Sequence record: MN850609.1
Direction: 5' to 3' (one strand)
Origin: Escherichia phage dhaeg
DNA length: 64,000 nucleotides
The notes under the pieces were generated by a model. The model had not been told where the DNA came from and made no database searches. It was given only the letters and a program-made list of their open reading frames with translations. The stretch's first letter is position 1. Each line of letters begins with the position of its first letter. A program made the position numbers and the translations under genes. Shown in pieces: positions 12,782 to 24,090 of the stretch.

Positions 12782-14314
12782 TTAAGCAACTTTAATAATG
12801 AATAGGATGGACATAGTCCAAGGACGGTTTTCGTTACCAATTAACCCTTCACTGTTTAGGGTAGTTCTTGAATCTCGTGAACCGGAACCGTCAATTTCGT
12901 ATCCTTCGTTTGTAAAGTAAGAACGGTTATCCCAGTCTAATCCTTTACGAGTACCGGCAAAGTTGGAACGAACAGTGTTACCAAAAGCACCTGCGTTATC
13001 ATGTTCACCAAAACCACCTGCATGTTTATGGAACCGAAGTTGTTGAGCTTGTACTGTACCGTGTCCATATGAACCACAACCTACACCTAATTTTGGTTTG
13101 CCTTTGGCGTCGTTACCTTTGGCGTCTCTAATTCTAACGTTGGCGTCCCATTCTTTTAATCCACCGTCATTAGTTTGGTTTGCACCTCTAGGATATAATC
13201 CACGGAAGTCAGGACGAGCACCAGTTGAGCCCCATTTACTACCAACTACGTTTCGGAATCCTTGCTCACCAGAGTTACCACCATCACAAACGGCCCAACC
13301 TGCAGGGATATTGTTAATTTGGCCTCCCCACATAACGATAGTACCAATAGGAACAGAATCTTTTAATTGGTCGACAGTAACAACATCACGCCCATTACGA
13401 CGTAAAGTACCATTAACGTTTAAAGTACCATTAATAGTACCACCGGTGGTAGAAATAACGTTAGCATTATATGCCAATGCTGTACTTCCATCGCCAGAAC
13501 CCACGGTAGTTGTGGTTTTAAGAAGGCCTATTCTACCGGTATTACCCGTTCTTGACAAAAGGGTTTGAGGCGTAATAGCTTTATTTGCATCAATTCCGGC
13601 CGAAACTTCAGCTCCAGTGGCTAATTGAACCAGTCCACGTCGAGAAGTATTAGAAGTTAAAGAAATAAGCCCTGATGGAGAAATTGCGACGCCATTAGTC
13701 AATGTGCCATTTGCCACTTCGGCATTTGTCGCGATTCTAACAATACCTTCAGTAGTTTGTGTTGCACTTGCATAAGTTGGTAAGGCCGATGTAGCGGCTC
13801 CAATTGCCTGTGCGGTTTTAAGAGGCGTCATAGCCGTAGTATCATCTGTACCCGCTAAAGCCGCTGGCAAGGTTGAAATCTTGAGTACACCTGTAGTGTT
13901 CTCTGTGGCTAAACGATTGGTGAATGTATAATCTATAGTAGCCTTCAAAGATGATGCTACGATTGCAGCCTGGGTCTCTGTCCCAGCGATGGCCTCATCA
14001 TTAGTAGCATAACGTGTGATACCTACATAGGTTTCAGTTGCTTGAGTAGGAATGTCCAAGCGGCCTTTTAAAGTAGCCGGGGTCACAGCAGAGAAAGTAT
14101 CAGTGCCATCAATAACTTCTTGTTGGGTGGCTAATCTAATAATACCCTGTTCTGTTTCGGATGCGGCCGGAATATTACCTGTAACACCTATAGCAGAAAT
14201 GGATGATAAGGCGTCTTGGACGTTGGTAATACTAGGGTCAAAATTCGACCCGGTAGGGTCGAATGTTTTAAATTCCGATTTATCACTTATATGTTTTAGT
14301 GTATTTGTAGACAT
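12782..14314 (-). CDS. 12: Short tail fibre gp12
   Basis: 510 aa with Gly/Thr-rich repeats. Position between 11 and wac. Confidence 0.75.
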   Translation of the reverse strand: MSTNTLKHISDKSEFKTFDPTGSNFDPSITNVQDALSSISAIGVTGNIPAASETEQGIIRLATQQEVIDGTDTFSAVTPATLKGRLDIPTQATETYVGITRYATNDEAIAGTETQAAIVASSLKATIDYTFTNRLATENTTGVLKISTLPAALAGTDDTTAMTPLKTAQAIGAATSALPTYASATQTTEGIVRIATNAEVANGTLTNGVAISPSGLISLTSNTSRRGLVQLATGAEVSAGIDANKAITPQTLLSRTGNTGRIGLLKTTTTVGSGDGSTALAYNANVISTTGGTINGTLNVNGTLRRNGRDVVTVDQLKDSVPIGTIVMWGGQINNIPAGWAVCDGGNSGEQGFRNVVGSKWGSTGARPDFRGLYPRGANQTNDGGLKEWDANVRIRDAKGNDAKGKPKLGVGCGSYGHGTVQAQQLRFHKHAGGFGEHDNAGAFGNTVRSNFAGTRKGLDWDNRSYFTNEGYEIDGSGSRDSRTTLNSEGLIGNENRPWTMSILFIIKVA

Positions 14315-14979
14315 TAACTTACTCGCTTATAGTGATATAAAGTTGTAGTTCCATTTATAGTTCCACCGGTCATAGATTCTGTAGTAGAACCTAAATATTC
14401 CCAGTATCCATAACCTGCACGAGGCTCTTGGACTATAGTTTGGGAAATGGTACATCCAGCCTGTTTAAATGGCTCAAAAATATGGTTTTGGTAGTCGTTA
14501 TATTTAATGTTTAAAGTAGATTGGTCCAGAGGGTCGATAGAGGTTTCTGCTAAAATATAACTATTAGCAATAGCGCTTATAAAAACATCGTTAACTTTAG
14601 AAGCAACCAGAACCGAAGAATCACCCACAATAACTTCAACAGGCAAACCAAATACCTTAATTATAACCGTATCGCCTAATTCGCCACCAGAAGAAATGGA
14701 GCCAGAGAAAGTTAATTTATCAGATTGTTGGATAAAGCCAGGCGCTCTGTTTTCGGTAGTAGTTACCACCGCATTAACAGGAAGTTCTGCGCGGAAAGCA
14801 ATATCATCAATAGCACTTTGGACTGTAGGGTAATAAACGCCTTTTCGGGTTTGGTTTGCCGATGGACCACCAATAGGGCGTTGACCTGCCACTGCGGCAG
14901 GTTGATTAGTTGTAAAAGAAAATTCTAAAAAGTCGGCAAGGCGGGATTTTAACCCGCTTTTCATTTCTGTTAAAGTCAT
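14314..14979 (-). CDS. 11: Baseplate wedge protein gp11
   Basis: 221 aa, similar to T4 gp11 (219 aa). Position matches. Confidence 0.7.
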   Translation of the reverse strand: MTLTEMKSGLKSRLADFLEFSFTTNQPAAVAGQRPIGGPSANQTRKGVYYPTVQSAIDDIAFRAELPVNAVVTTTENRAPGFIQQSDKLTFSGSISSGGELGDTVIIKVFGLPVEVIVGDSSVLVASKVNDVFISAIANSYILAETSIDPLDQSTLNIKYNDYQNHIFEPFKQAGCTISQTIVQEPRAGYGYWEYLGSTTESMTGGTINGTTTLYHYKRVS

Positions 14980-16790
14980 TACGCAATCCTCACCCAGCGA
15001 TAAACGGTTGTATATGGAGGCAATGTATTAATTGGAATAGGCGTTGTAGATTGCTGCTTGTTTATTGTAGCTTTATCTTCACGATATTTGGTATAAGCAG
15101 GACCTTGTGCATCCGGGTCTACCAAACATCCACCGATAACAATAGGGCCATTATCATCAGCAACTAATACCTTGTCATCTGTATTAAGTTCAGGAACATT
15201 TTCATATTTAATCGAAATATTATGAGAACCACCTGTTCCACCTGCGGTAGATTTAGGAATACCAGAAGAATCCAAATCGTTATTGTTCGCATTGAACAAT
15301 GAATCTGCATCCGGCGACCAACCTACAAGGAAACTATCAGATAAACGTTTCCAACTACCCATACCCATATAAGTTGCAGGGTTATTAGGGTTCACCGTGT
15401 TCTCGTAAATTGTCCCTATTGGATGGAACAAATCGAACATCACTGCAGCCGTATTAATAGAAACTTCGGATTCTGCAACAGGTTCAAAGTTAGGAGAAAA
15501 TGGATTATCCACATCAGTAATACGAACCTGGCCGGTTAAAGACACCGAAGGACCTTGAGAAATGTAGATATCATTTGTAGTATCCAAAATCTCATCAATA
15601 GTCATGGTAGTACCAATATCATTATTATACCAAATTACGGTAAGGATATCACCATGTTCTAATTTACGTCCAAATTCGAATGATTCGATTTTATCGTCAT
15701 CTGCAATATTCAAAATATAATCAGATTTAGATTGTGTCCATACACCACCCGAATCAGCACAAAGAGCTGCATCATCAGTATCAACACCTTCACAATAGAA
15801 AGCAGGGAACCCTGCAGTACCAGCTTGGTGCAATAAAGTACTGTTAAGCATTACCTGGCAAGCATTAGGGTTAATAGGGCTTGTAGGAGAAACATTTAAT
15901 TCCACCGCGGTAATAGTCTGTATGGTAGAAAGGTCTAATACTACTTTAGAACCGTTAACTGTGGTTTCATGGGTAAGGGTTTTATCTAAAATAGTAATAT
16001 CACGACGATTATAAGAACTACGCCATTGGGCCAATCCATCGTTATAGGATTTAATGATTACTGTATCACCGGCTTCACATGGATATTTCAAACGGATATC
16101 TTTACCGTTCAATTCAACCAATTCGCCTGGGTTAGCGCCTGGGCTACCGAACTCTGAAGTGGCTTCATCAAATATATCATCTACACCATAAAACAAGGTG
16201 TTACCACGTTGAATTACGCTAAGACTAGAAATATTATAGGTTAATCCTGGGAAAATATCCAAGAAATCGGTTTGGCCTTCAGTAGCAATAAACTGTTTGG
16301 TTGCTACAGTAGCGAGGTCGTTATTTGGAATACGGTTAACTTGCTTGTTCTCAACATATTCCCAGCGACCCGGAGCACAATAGACAAGTTCAAGGTCAGC
16401 AAAGTTACGGGCTATTTCAACCTGTACAGCAGAGCCTTTAATCGTATCACCTGGAGCAGGTATAATTGTTACAGGGTTAGCTTGCCAAGAAGAATAAACG
16501 TCACGCAAACGAATTACAAAGTTATATTCTGAAGGGGTACCTTTAGGAAGTTGAACGTTAATCCTTCCACCCTGGGTATTCAACGTATAGCTATGACCCA
16601 TAACAGCATTAAGTAAAGGACCATCTGCAGTAGAATATTGTTTCCAGGCACCAGCAGCGTGAGGATTATCTCCATCACCTAATTGATAGTATAACTCGTT
16701 AAAGTTATTATTGATTTTTAGACCACCTGCGCGCAGGTAATCTCCGGAGCCATCATCAACGGCCTGGCCTATTTTTAATTCTTGTTTCAT
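14979..16790 (-). CDS. 10: Baseplate wedge protein gp10
   Basis: 603 aa, similar to T4 gp10 (602 aa). Position matches. Confidence 0.75.
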   Translation of the reverse strand: MKQELKIGQAVDDGSGDYLRAGGLKINNNFNELYYQLGDGDNPHAAGAWKQYSTADGPLLNAVMGHSYTLNTQGGRINVQLPKGTPSEYNFVIRLRDVYSSWQANPVTIIPAPGDTIKGSAVQVEIARNFADLELVYCAPGRWEYVENKQVNRIPNNDLATVATKQFIATEGQTDFLDIFPGLTYNISSLSVIQRGNTLFYGVDDIFDEATSEFGSPGANPGELVELNGKDIRLKYPCEAGDTVIIKSYNDGLAQWRSSYNRRDITILDKTLTHETTVNGSKVVLDLSTIQTITAVELNVSPTSPINPNACQVMLNSTLLHQAGTAGFPAFYCEGVDTDDAALCADSGGVWTQSKSDYILNIADDDKIESFEFGRKLEHGDILTVIWYNNDIGTTMTIDEILDTTNDIYISQGPSVSLTGQVRITDVDNPFSPNFEPVAESEVSINTAAVMFDLFHPIGTIYENTVNPNNPATYMGMGSWKRLSDSFLVGWSPDADSLFNANNNDLDSSGIPKSTAGGTGGSHNISIKYENVPELNTDDKVLVADDNGPIVIGGCLVDPDAQGPAYTKYREDKATINKQQSTTPIPINTLPPYTTVYRWVRIA

Positions 16791-17650
16791 TATAATGGAA
16801 CTCCAATAGTTTGGGTATCTACGACTTTAATTGCTAATCTCATAGGGGTTTCAGATGATGCCGTAGCCACTATATAGTTAGAGGTATCAAATTTAAAATC
16901 GAGTTTGTAAATTTCGTCTTCATCAGTGGTCTGTCCACGACGGATAACAGCATATTCGGTGGAATATATTTTTTTAGCTTGGTTATCCATAAACAAAAGA
17001 TATTCAGAAGCTTTATAAATGGTTTCATTAGCATTTACTGCGGTAACTAAAAGCTTGACCAAAGAATATTGACCTGAAAAAACCACCGGTATATCTCTAG
17101 GTACGTTAGAAATGTTATATGTTCTATTTAACGGCACTCGTTTATCACCAAACATGCTCTCAATAGAATAATCCCATACAGCTATACCGTTGATGTCACT
17201 TACACACCATAATAGAACTCTAGTATAAGGAGTTACTATTCTTAGGGTTGATGTAGGATGGTTTAAAAACGAATCCAATATACGGATTTCAAGATAGTTG
17301 GTAGCTGAAATACTTCCATTAGAGTTAATTATTTCAATACCTTCACCTACGGCTCCTTTTACCGTGGTTAACACTATAGAACCTGTAGAAGCATCAATAT
17401 CAACCAAAGAACCAAGGTCAACAGAACTTGCTTGGTCGGTATCGCCAAATTTTTGATAGTATCCAGTGGCATGTAATTTCTGACCGGTAGTTTCGCCTGT
17501 AAGAGCGGTTTTACGTTGGTCACCAAAGGTATTATAGATGTTGTTTAAGTCGGTGTTTAGTTTAACACCACCGTCATAAAGAATGTCGCCGGTGCTAGCA
17601 TTACCAATTTCACCAACGTCAATTAGTAATTTACCAGTTTGCTTAATCAT
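16790..17650 (-). CDS. 9: Baseplate wedge / long tail fibre attachment protein gp9
   Basis: 286 aa, similar to T4 gp9 (288 aa). Position matches. Confidence 0.7.
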   Translation of the reverse strand: MIKQTGKLLIDVGEIGNASTGDILYDGGVKLNTDLNNIYNTFGDQRKTALTGETTGQKLHATGYYQKFGDTDQASSVDLGSLVDIDASTGSIVLTTVKGAVGEGIEIINSNGSISATNYLEIRILDSFLNHPTSTLRIVTPYTRVLLWCVSDINGIAVWDYSIESMFGDKRVPLNRTYNISNVPRDIPVVFSGQYSLVKLLVTAVNANETIYKASEYLLFMDNQAKKIYSTEYAVIRRGQTTDEDEIYKLDFKFDTSNYIVATASSETPMRLAIKVVDTQTIGVPL

Positions 17651-17676
17651 AGGTATGCCTCATTATTGATATAATG

Positions 17677-17684
17677 TATTTATA
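17677..17684 (-). promoter_or_regulatory. Late promoter for gene 9
   Basis: TATAAATA on the minus strand about 27 nt upstream of the gp9 ATG. Preceded by hairpin GGGCC-gcaa-GGCCC. Confidence 0.55.
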
Positions 17685-17711
17685 CCCCCGAAAGGGCCTT
17701 GCGGCCCTTTA

Positions 17712-18719
17712 TTAGAATTCGAAGATAATGTTAATTTCTTCGGTTTGGTCCATGGAACGAATAACCGGAGGACGGTTTTCCATATAAATCATTTCACCGG
17801 AGTGGCGGGAGAGGTCTATAACGTCATAGTACTCTTTTTCGGCTTTAATGATCGGGTCTGATGGGTGGGCTTTAGCTTCCAATGGGTTGGAAATTATTGA
17901 AAGTTGTCTAAATCCTTTATTCCCTGGCAAACTAAATTCAGGGAAATAAACTGAATCTAAGAATGCTTTAAAACGAATAGTATTGCCTTTAATACGATAA
18001 ATCAATCCGTAATCGTCTTGTTGCCAAGTGAGGTTATTCTCGTATCCCCAACGTTCAGGGTCTTCAGCAATTTCTTCCGGCCATGGAACTACAATATATT
18101 CATTGGTACAACGGTTGATACTTACATCAGGTGGAATCTCATAAAGATATTCCCAAAGATACCCATCGCCGGTATCAACCATACCTTCGGTATCGCCTTG
18201 TCCTGCTGGAGCTTTAACTGAAGGGACGTTTGCGGTCCATTTACCACCAAGTTTAATACACTCGGTTTTATTATCAAGAGATAAAATAGAGCATGCTCCG
18301 GATTCAGGAACATCCACACAACGATAAACCATCCAACCTGCACCAACATCAGTACGGTTTTGCGGCTGGCTATTCGCCACTACAATTTCACCAATCTGGA
18401 ATGTGAAAGGATTAGGATAAGAGGTATCGCCCCAGTCTTTGCGAGGAACAACACAATCCAACATACTCTTATAAACCTTAACACAACCCATCATGTTTGT
18501 CCAGACGTCCTCTACGCCCTCAGAATCATCTACAGGATACGGTGGAGCAAAGCCTGGGTCGTTTTCGTTAGGAGCCCATGGTTGGGCTCTCCCGAAAGAT
18601 ACATACATCGTGTTCTGGTCTTCACCATCACCGATTGTTCTGTAAAAGTTGTACATCTTTTCCGTTCTAAATTTAGAAGTAACAATAGAACGATATATTA
18701 CTGTTGAATTAATCATCAA
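17712..18719 (-). CDS. 8: Baseplate wedge protein gp8
   Basis: 335 aa, similar to T4 gp8 (334 aa). Position matches. Confidence 0.75.
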   Translation of the reverse strand: MMINSTVIYRSIVTSKFRTEKMYNFYRTIGDGEDQNTMYVSFGRAQPWAPNENDPGFAPPYPVDDSEGVEDVWTNMMGCVKVYKSMLDCVVPRKDWGDTSYPNPFTFQIGEIVVANSQPQNRTDVGAGWMVYRCVDVPESGACSILSLDNKTECIKLGGKWTANVPSVKAPAGQGDTEGMVDTGDGYLWEYLYEIPPDVSINRCTNEYIVVPWPEEIAEDPERWGYENNLTWQQDDYGLIYRIKGNTIRFKAFLDSVYFPEFSLPGNKGFRQLSIISNPLEAKAHPSDPIIKAEKEYYDVIDLSRHSGEMIYMENRPPVIRSMDQTEEINIIFEF

Positions 18720-21700
18720 TTTTTACCTGAGTTGGGTCTTGCGGGTCTCTAGGGTTTCCTATATCAGCTTTAAGTCTGTCATCAACTAAAGCACGCCATT
18801 TTGAAAATGTTACTGCACTTTGGTCAAATAAAGGACTATGCTTTTTAATACGTTCATGAGGTAATTGGCCTTGGAATACAGAGAAATCATTTTCTGCGTC
18901 ATAATCAGCAGGAATATCAAACGGTTCACCTGCTTTAGGTCCAACGTTATAAACCGGGAGCCCTGTTCTAGGGTCTCGTTCTATATTACCATCAAATCCG
19001 ATTACAGCAACTCTATCATACCATTCAGATGGAAGACCTGAGTCCCACTTATAGTTCTTAAGTATATTAATAATGGTTTCCGTGTGCTTTAATGTCAAAC
19101 CGACGTTAACAAACATAGAAAGCAACGTAATCCCTATAAAACCAAATCCTACAGGGTGGACAAATCTCAATACATCATTACGATATCGAGAAGTAGGGAG
19201 GTTGGATTTAATAGTCATAACATAATAAGAACGGTTGCGGTTAATATAATCGATATTGTTACTTAACAATTCTTTACCGCGTACACCCTGCACTATCATA
19301 CCTTTAAATGATGTGCGTTCAGATTTAATCTCTTGACCCACTATAAAACGACCTAAAAGATTATGAATGGTTAAACGCCATTGCAATTTACCATCTTTAT
19401 AATTTCGTTCTATATAAGTAACATTACTTCTTCCTGTAGGGGTATAAATTGTTTGGCCGACAATATCTTCACTGATGTTATCGGATTCTACAATGATATC
19501 ATATTCAATAGAGTTCTTAGACTCTATATCAATTTCGACATCTTCGTTATAAAGCAATTTAAACAGGAACTTATAAGAAGCCTCGGTACCTTTTGTAGAC
19601 CAGAAATCCGATTGACGAGCCTGGAAGAAACGAACCACTTCGTCGCGCTTTTCTTTAGACAGGTAGATATTACGTTTATAGATTTCGGACCACAAATATT
19701 CCCACGAGTCTTCTTCACGAGGATATTGGTTACGAATAAGATTTAATAGGTTATTATAATGAGTGCCAGAGCCATCACTAATAAACTGAAGATAATATTC
19801 GCAGAATTTTTCAAAGTTAGAATCTTGAAGCAAATAACTATCAGGGACCATTTTAACCAATAAAGGACGCAAATCAGGGTCTTGTTCACCTGTTTCTTCT
19901 TTAGGGGTCCATGGGATTTCATGCTCTTGGTTTTGGAGCTCTGCGGTAAACATTATTTCTTTAGGCTTCCAAATTATTCTAACTTCATCTCGAACTCGAT
20001 AATCGAACTCGAAATATCCTACCAATTCACCTGATGATTTGTGAATCATAATACCTGAAGAATATTTTTTAAATCCGCTGAATTCAATGTTAGGGCATGT
20101 TACGGTACAAAAGCCTTTATCCCAAATTTCACGGATAATACGCTCTGGAGAAGAACCACTGTTTAAATCAATAATTTTCTGATATAATGCATCGTTATAA
20201 ACTACCATCGCATGATTACTTGTGGTAATCCAAGAGCGGGTTCCATCGCGTCTAGACCAACTAAAGAATGGTTCGGCGTAATAAGCCATTCGGCCAGGTT
20301 TGAATTCTTTAAAATCTGATTTACTGTTGGCTCTAAAGCTCATCATCAGATAATGTTTATCATGAATCCACTGCTCATCCTTAACGTATTTTACGGCAGA
20401 AGCCACGATAGGGTATTCTAAAGGCAATTCGTTGTCAACTTCCACCTCGTATTTGAAGTTACTTGAGCTAAAGAATATTTCTTCACCGTCTGTAGACATG
20501 CTGGTATAACCATGCTCAATACGACGTCTCTCTTCTTCAGTATTACCAAATACTCTGGTCCATGTATCAGTTTCAGCATCCAACCAATAAACGCCTTTAG
20601 ATTCAGAATCAACCACGTTTTCTTCTTTAGTAGGGTCCATTCTTTCTTCTTTAACTTCACCCGTAATTAAGGCAAAAGTATTTCCTTGAATAGAGTCCAA
20701 TTTATAACAAACTGCTTTAGGGTTGCCGGTTATGGTCGAATATCCACTTTCAAATATTTTTTCACCATAAGTAGGAGAACCTGGGTCGGTATCAATAGGC
20801 GCATCGGTGGTTTTTGCTTTATAAACTCTGTCTCTAGCAGCCACGTAAATAAAATCATCCGAAGCACACATTGCCTCTGCTATAGTAGAAATAGCTAATG
20901 GTAAACGGGCATAAGAACCAAAAATTTCAATTTCAAAATCAAGGTCGATATCACTACCAATTTTAGCAAATGTCACGTCTTGTGAGCTAAAACGTACATC
21001 GTCAGCAGACCATCTGATATCGCTCGATTTACGTCCGTAAAATATACGGTCATAACCTAAAACATAAGTTGTGGTGTCCGTTTGGTAATGGGCCGTACGT
21101 GAAACCGGGTTACCTACTCGGTCATTAAACAAACGAATATAGTGCCAGTTTTGAGCTTTGTCATTAGATACCTTAGCAGTGTTCTGAAATCTTTCTAAAA
21201 GATAAAGTACACCACCAAGCTCCATTAAAATGGAACGATTAGGGTCCTTACATACGGCTTGAATACTTCCTTGAATCTCATGAAAGCGGTCAGCCTTTAA
21301 TACATAATTAGAAATTGAAGAAAGGTGAGAATACGATGGAGTCCAAGTAAAATCCTCTGTCATCATAGAAGCCATAATGGCATCACTATTAAAATCCACG
21401 TAATTCTGGTTATTTTTGGTAAATTTTTCTTCAATGAATTTATTGGATAAAGTGAATTCTCGCATATGCTCGAAGGTATATGCGTTGGTAGAAAATGTCT
21501 CGAATTCTTCTGTATAAACCCATTCAGATTGTTCAAATCCTTGAGCAGCTACAGCGACACGCATTTTATAAAACGAATTAGGAGAAATAAATCTTTCTTC
21601 GAACCAGTTATTGTTCGGGGTGTAACCTAAATTTCTCCAAAATAACTTATCATCGGGTATAGATTCACCCGCATCCTTGGTTTGGGCCAGTTCTACGAAA

Positions 21701-21801
21701 TAATAGAAATTGGCGCCTACGTCATCCCAAAGAATACTTACATGGTTAGCCGAGAGTTTATCAATTCTCAAACTAGTAACGGAAGGCGCTTGCACAGACA
21801 T
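18709..21801 (-). CDS. 7: Baseplate wedge protein gp7
   Basis: 1030 aa, similar to T4 gp7 (about 1032 aa). Position matches. Confidence 0.8.
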   Translation of the reverse strand: MSVQAPSVTSLRIDKLSANHVSILWDDVGANFYYFVELAQTKDAGESIPDDKLFWRNLGYTPNNNWFEERFISPNSFYKMRVAVAAQGFEQSEWVYTEEFETFSTNAYTFEHMREFTLSNKFIEEKFTKNNQNYVDFNSDAIMASMMTEDFTWTPSYSHLSSISNYVLKADRFHEIQGSIQAVCKDPNRSILMELGGVLYLLERFQNTAKVSNDKAQNWHYIRLFNDRVGNPVSRTAHYQTDTTTYVLGYDRIFYGRKSSDIRWSADDVRFSSQDVTFAKIGSDIDLDFEIEIFGSYARLPLAISTIAEAMCASDDFIYVAARDRVYKAKTTDAPIDTDPGSPTYGEKIFESGYSTITGNPKAVCYKLDSIQGNTFALITGEVKEERMDPTKEENVVDSESKGVYWLDAETDTWTRVFGNTEEERRRIEHGYTSMSTDGEEIFFSSSNFKYEVEVDNELPLEYPIVASAVKYVKDEQWIHDKHYLMMSFRANSKSDFKEFKPGRMAYYAEPFFSWSRRDGTRSWITTSNHAMVVYNDALYQKIIDLNSGSSPERIIREIWDKGFCTVTCPNIEFSGFKKYSSGIMIHKSSGELVGYFEFDYRVRDEVRIIWKPKEIMFTAELQNQEHEIPWTPKEETGEQDPDLRPLLVKMVPDSYLLQDSNFEKFCEYYLQFISDGSGTHYNNLLNLIRNQYPREEDSWEYLWSEIYKRNIYLSKEKRDEVVRFFQARQSDFWSTKGTEASYKFLFKLLYNEDVEIDIESKNSIEYDIIVESDNISEDIVGQTIYTPTGRSNVTYIERNYKDGKLQWRLTIHNLLGRFIVGQEIKSERTSFKGMIVQGVRGKELLSNNIDYINRNRSYYVMTIKSNLPTSRYRNDVLRFVHPVGFGFIGITLLSMFVNVGLTLKHTETIINILKNYKWDSGLPSEWYDRVAVIGFDGNIERDPRTGLPVYNVGPKAGEPFDIPADYDAENDFSVFQGQLPHERIKKHSPLFDQSAVTFSKWRALVDDRLKADIGNPRDPQDPTQVKIDD

Positions 21802-21829
21802 TAAATCTCCTCAAAGCCTCCTAAGAGGC

Positions 21830-23788
21830 TTATATTGTAATAGGTTCTAATTCAATGGTCGTGTATTGAGGGCGGAGGTCATCTTCAAATACGATTAATG
21901 AACCATCTTTTGTAAAGATGTTATCTTGGTCAGGTCCCGCATAAAGTTCTATAGATTGAACTTCAAAACGGTCGGACGTTAAACCAATAGCCGCGATGTC
22001 CCAGAAAATGAAATCTGAATAATAATCGATTTCACCTATAACGTAATAAACGGATTGGTCTGCAGGAGCAGGCATTTTATCAAAGTCATTTCCTGTATAT
22101 GGTTTAATATATTGGTTTTCAATTACATCTCCTGGACGGAAAGGCCCAATAACCATTTTACCATCACCACGTTCGTCTTTATCTGTAGCGGCAATTCGTA
22201 CATTATATGCCGGGTGGTCTTCAGAAACGTTAGTAGGGACAAACTCAAATTCACTAGAAACCACAGAACGGTTAGTGTATTGATTATAGTATTTAATACC
22301 TGACTCAGGAGTTTTGAAAAAGTTCAATACCTCACGAACCATTGTTATGGTAGCAGAGGAGCCTAAAATACTATGGTCAGCATTATCAATATAAGTCAGC
22401 ATTTTTGACTTAGCGAATCCGTGGTTAAAAATTTCTACTTCGTTAATATAATAACGGTCTATCTGAGAAAGAATTTGGGCCGATAACCACTGTTCAGATT
22501 CCTGTAATTTATTCAAGGCATACGATACCTTAATTTTATGCTTTAAGAACAAATAATCGGGAGAAATAACAGAAGCGGTAATAGGGGCTAAGTTAAATTC
22601 TTTTAGATAGTCTTGGATATCTTCACGTTGGACCGCGGTCAAATATAGCCCTGATTTAGGTTTAATGGTGACAAAAGCATAACCGGGTTTATTTGGGTCT
22701 GTAAAGGTTTGTACTGCTTGCACGATAGAACCAAAACGTTCGGATACGAATGTATCGTAGTCGGTTCCTGTTACAGCACGCATCTGGGCTTCACGCTTAA
22801 CTACAGCCAATTCACGGATTCGTTCAATATCTTCAGGGTCGCCACCACCATCAGCACCCACATAATCAGGGTCGTCGTTATAGTTTTCAGTAATTTTTTC
22901 TACAGTAATATAAGCCAAGGAGTCAGCATAACTGAAGTCCACCGCACCGTTAGCAACTTCACCATCTGTACGAAGATATTCGATGACGATAGTAGAATCT
23001 TTAACAGGTTTTAGGCCGCCGATATAATTAGCTTCCAATACTCCACCCGCAACAGATTTCTCGGCTTCACCCTCACCAAAGAAGAATTCTGTATTACCAT
23101 CTACGGTTTCACGCATATAATAAATTGTTGAAGTACTGCCAGCGTGGACCATTGATTTATTGGTCCAGTTAATCCATTCTGAGCCATCAACGTAAAGTCT
23201 AACTTCTTGTCTATCAATATCAGGGTCACGAATAAGAATAGGAGTTTTAGGGTCATATTTAAGTTCAGTACGAATAATACGTCCCTGGGCCAAAGAAACA
23301 ATAGGCCAATACTGATTATTAACGTCTCGCACTGCGATAACGTTATCAGTTGTCACAAAAGAATATGGGTCTGCTGATGTATCACGTGCATAAGCCAAGA
23401 ATTTGGTACCTCTAGGGATACGAATATTCTTTTCATTAAGGGCTTGCGTGCATGTGAGCATTACCGTAGTTTTAGCTGCAGACTTAGAACTAGGGAGATA
23501 TCCATTGTCTTGTGCAGCTTGGACAACAGAAGAACGAAGGTTTGCTGTTCCTATAAAAGATTCGTATAAAGCTGTGTTAGCAAATTGCTGCATATAAAGG
23601 GTATTATAAGCAAGCATATCAATAAGGATATTCATTCGAGAACCAACGAAATCATAATCCTTAAATTCGTCCTGGCTGGAAAGCCAGTCTATAATATTCT
23701 TTTTAATTTCTTCAAACGTAGCTCCCACAAATACTTTTGGGATAGCGTTAACGGTTCTTGTTAATTGGTAATTCGTAGGAGTAGCCAT
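21830..23788 (-). CDS. 6: Baseplate wedge protein gp6
   Basis: 652 aa, similar to T4 gp6 (about 660 aa). Position matches. Confidence 0.85.
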   Translation of the reverse strand: MATPTNYQLTRTVNAIPKVFVGATFEEIKKNIIDWLSSQDEFKDYDFVGSRMNILIDMLAYNTLYMQQFANTALYESFIGTANLRSSVVQAAQDNGYLPSSKSAAKTTVMLTCTQALNEKNIRIPRGTKFLAYARDTSADPYSFVTTDNVIAVRDVNNQYWPIVSLAQGRIIRTELKYDPKTPILIRDPDIDRQEVRLYVDGSEWINWTNKSMVHAGSTSTIYYMRETVDGNTEFFFGEGEAEKSVAGGVLEANYIGGLKPVKDSTIVIEYLRTDGEVANGAVDFSYADSLAYITVEKITENYNDDPDYVGADGGGDPEDIERIRELAVVKREAQMRAVTGTDYDTFVSERFGSIVQAVQTFTDPNKPGYAFVTIKPKSGLYLTAVQREDIQDYLKEFNLAPITASVISPDYLFLKHKIKVSYALNKLQESEQWLSAQILSQIDRYYINEVEIFNHGFAKSKMLTYIDNADHSILGSSATITMVREVLNFFKTPESGIKYYNQYTNRSVVSSEFEFVPTNVSEDHPAYNVRIAATDKDERGDGKMVIGPFRPGDVIENQYIKPYTGNDFDKMPAPADQSVYYVIGEIDYYSDFIFWDIAAIGLTSDRFEVQSIELYAGPDQDNIFTKDGSLIVFEDDLRPQYTTIELEPITI

Positions 23789-23796
23789 TTTAATTC

Positions 23797-24090
23797 CTAT
23801 TTTATGAATACTTTAGATGAGGCTTGTGCGACTGTATCACCGCACGAAATAGGGTCTGCCATCTGGACAGCCTTTTTGCCTGTAACATATACCTTTGATG
23901 TTCTAGGTTGGGTTACCCCACCGTGGGTTTCATATGGTTTTTTAATTTCTGTATGAGGAGTTATTGGGTCCCCATCGACTAATACAGGAATGCCGCCTGT
24001 AAATACTTTACCCTGGGTGGCATTTATTACTGTAGGAGGCCATGCTTCATGACCTGCGGTTACGCATTGGTTATAACTTAAGCCCGACAT
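23797..24090 (-). CDS. 5.4: PAAR-repeat spike-tip protein gp5.4
   Basis: 97 aa. Gly/Thr/Pro-rich with conserved Cys and His, typical of a PAAR domain. Lies between 5 and 6 as T4 5.4 does. Confidence 0.8.
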   Translation of the reverse strand: MSGLSYNQCVTAGHEAWPPTVINATQGKVFTGGIPVLVDGDPITPHTEIKKPYETHGGVTQPRTSKVYVTGKKAVQMADPISCGDTVAQASSKVFIK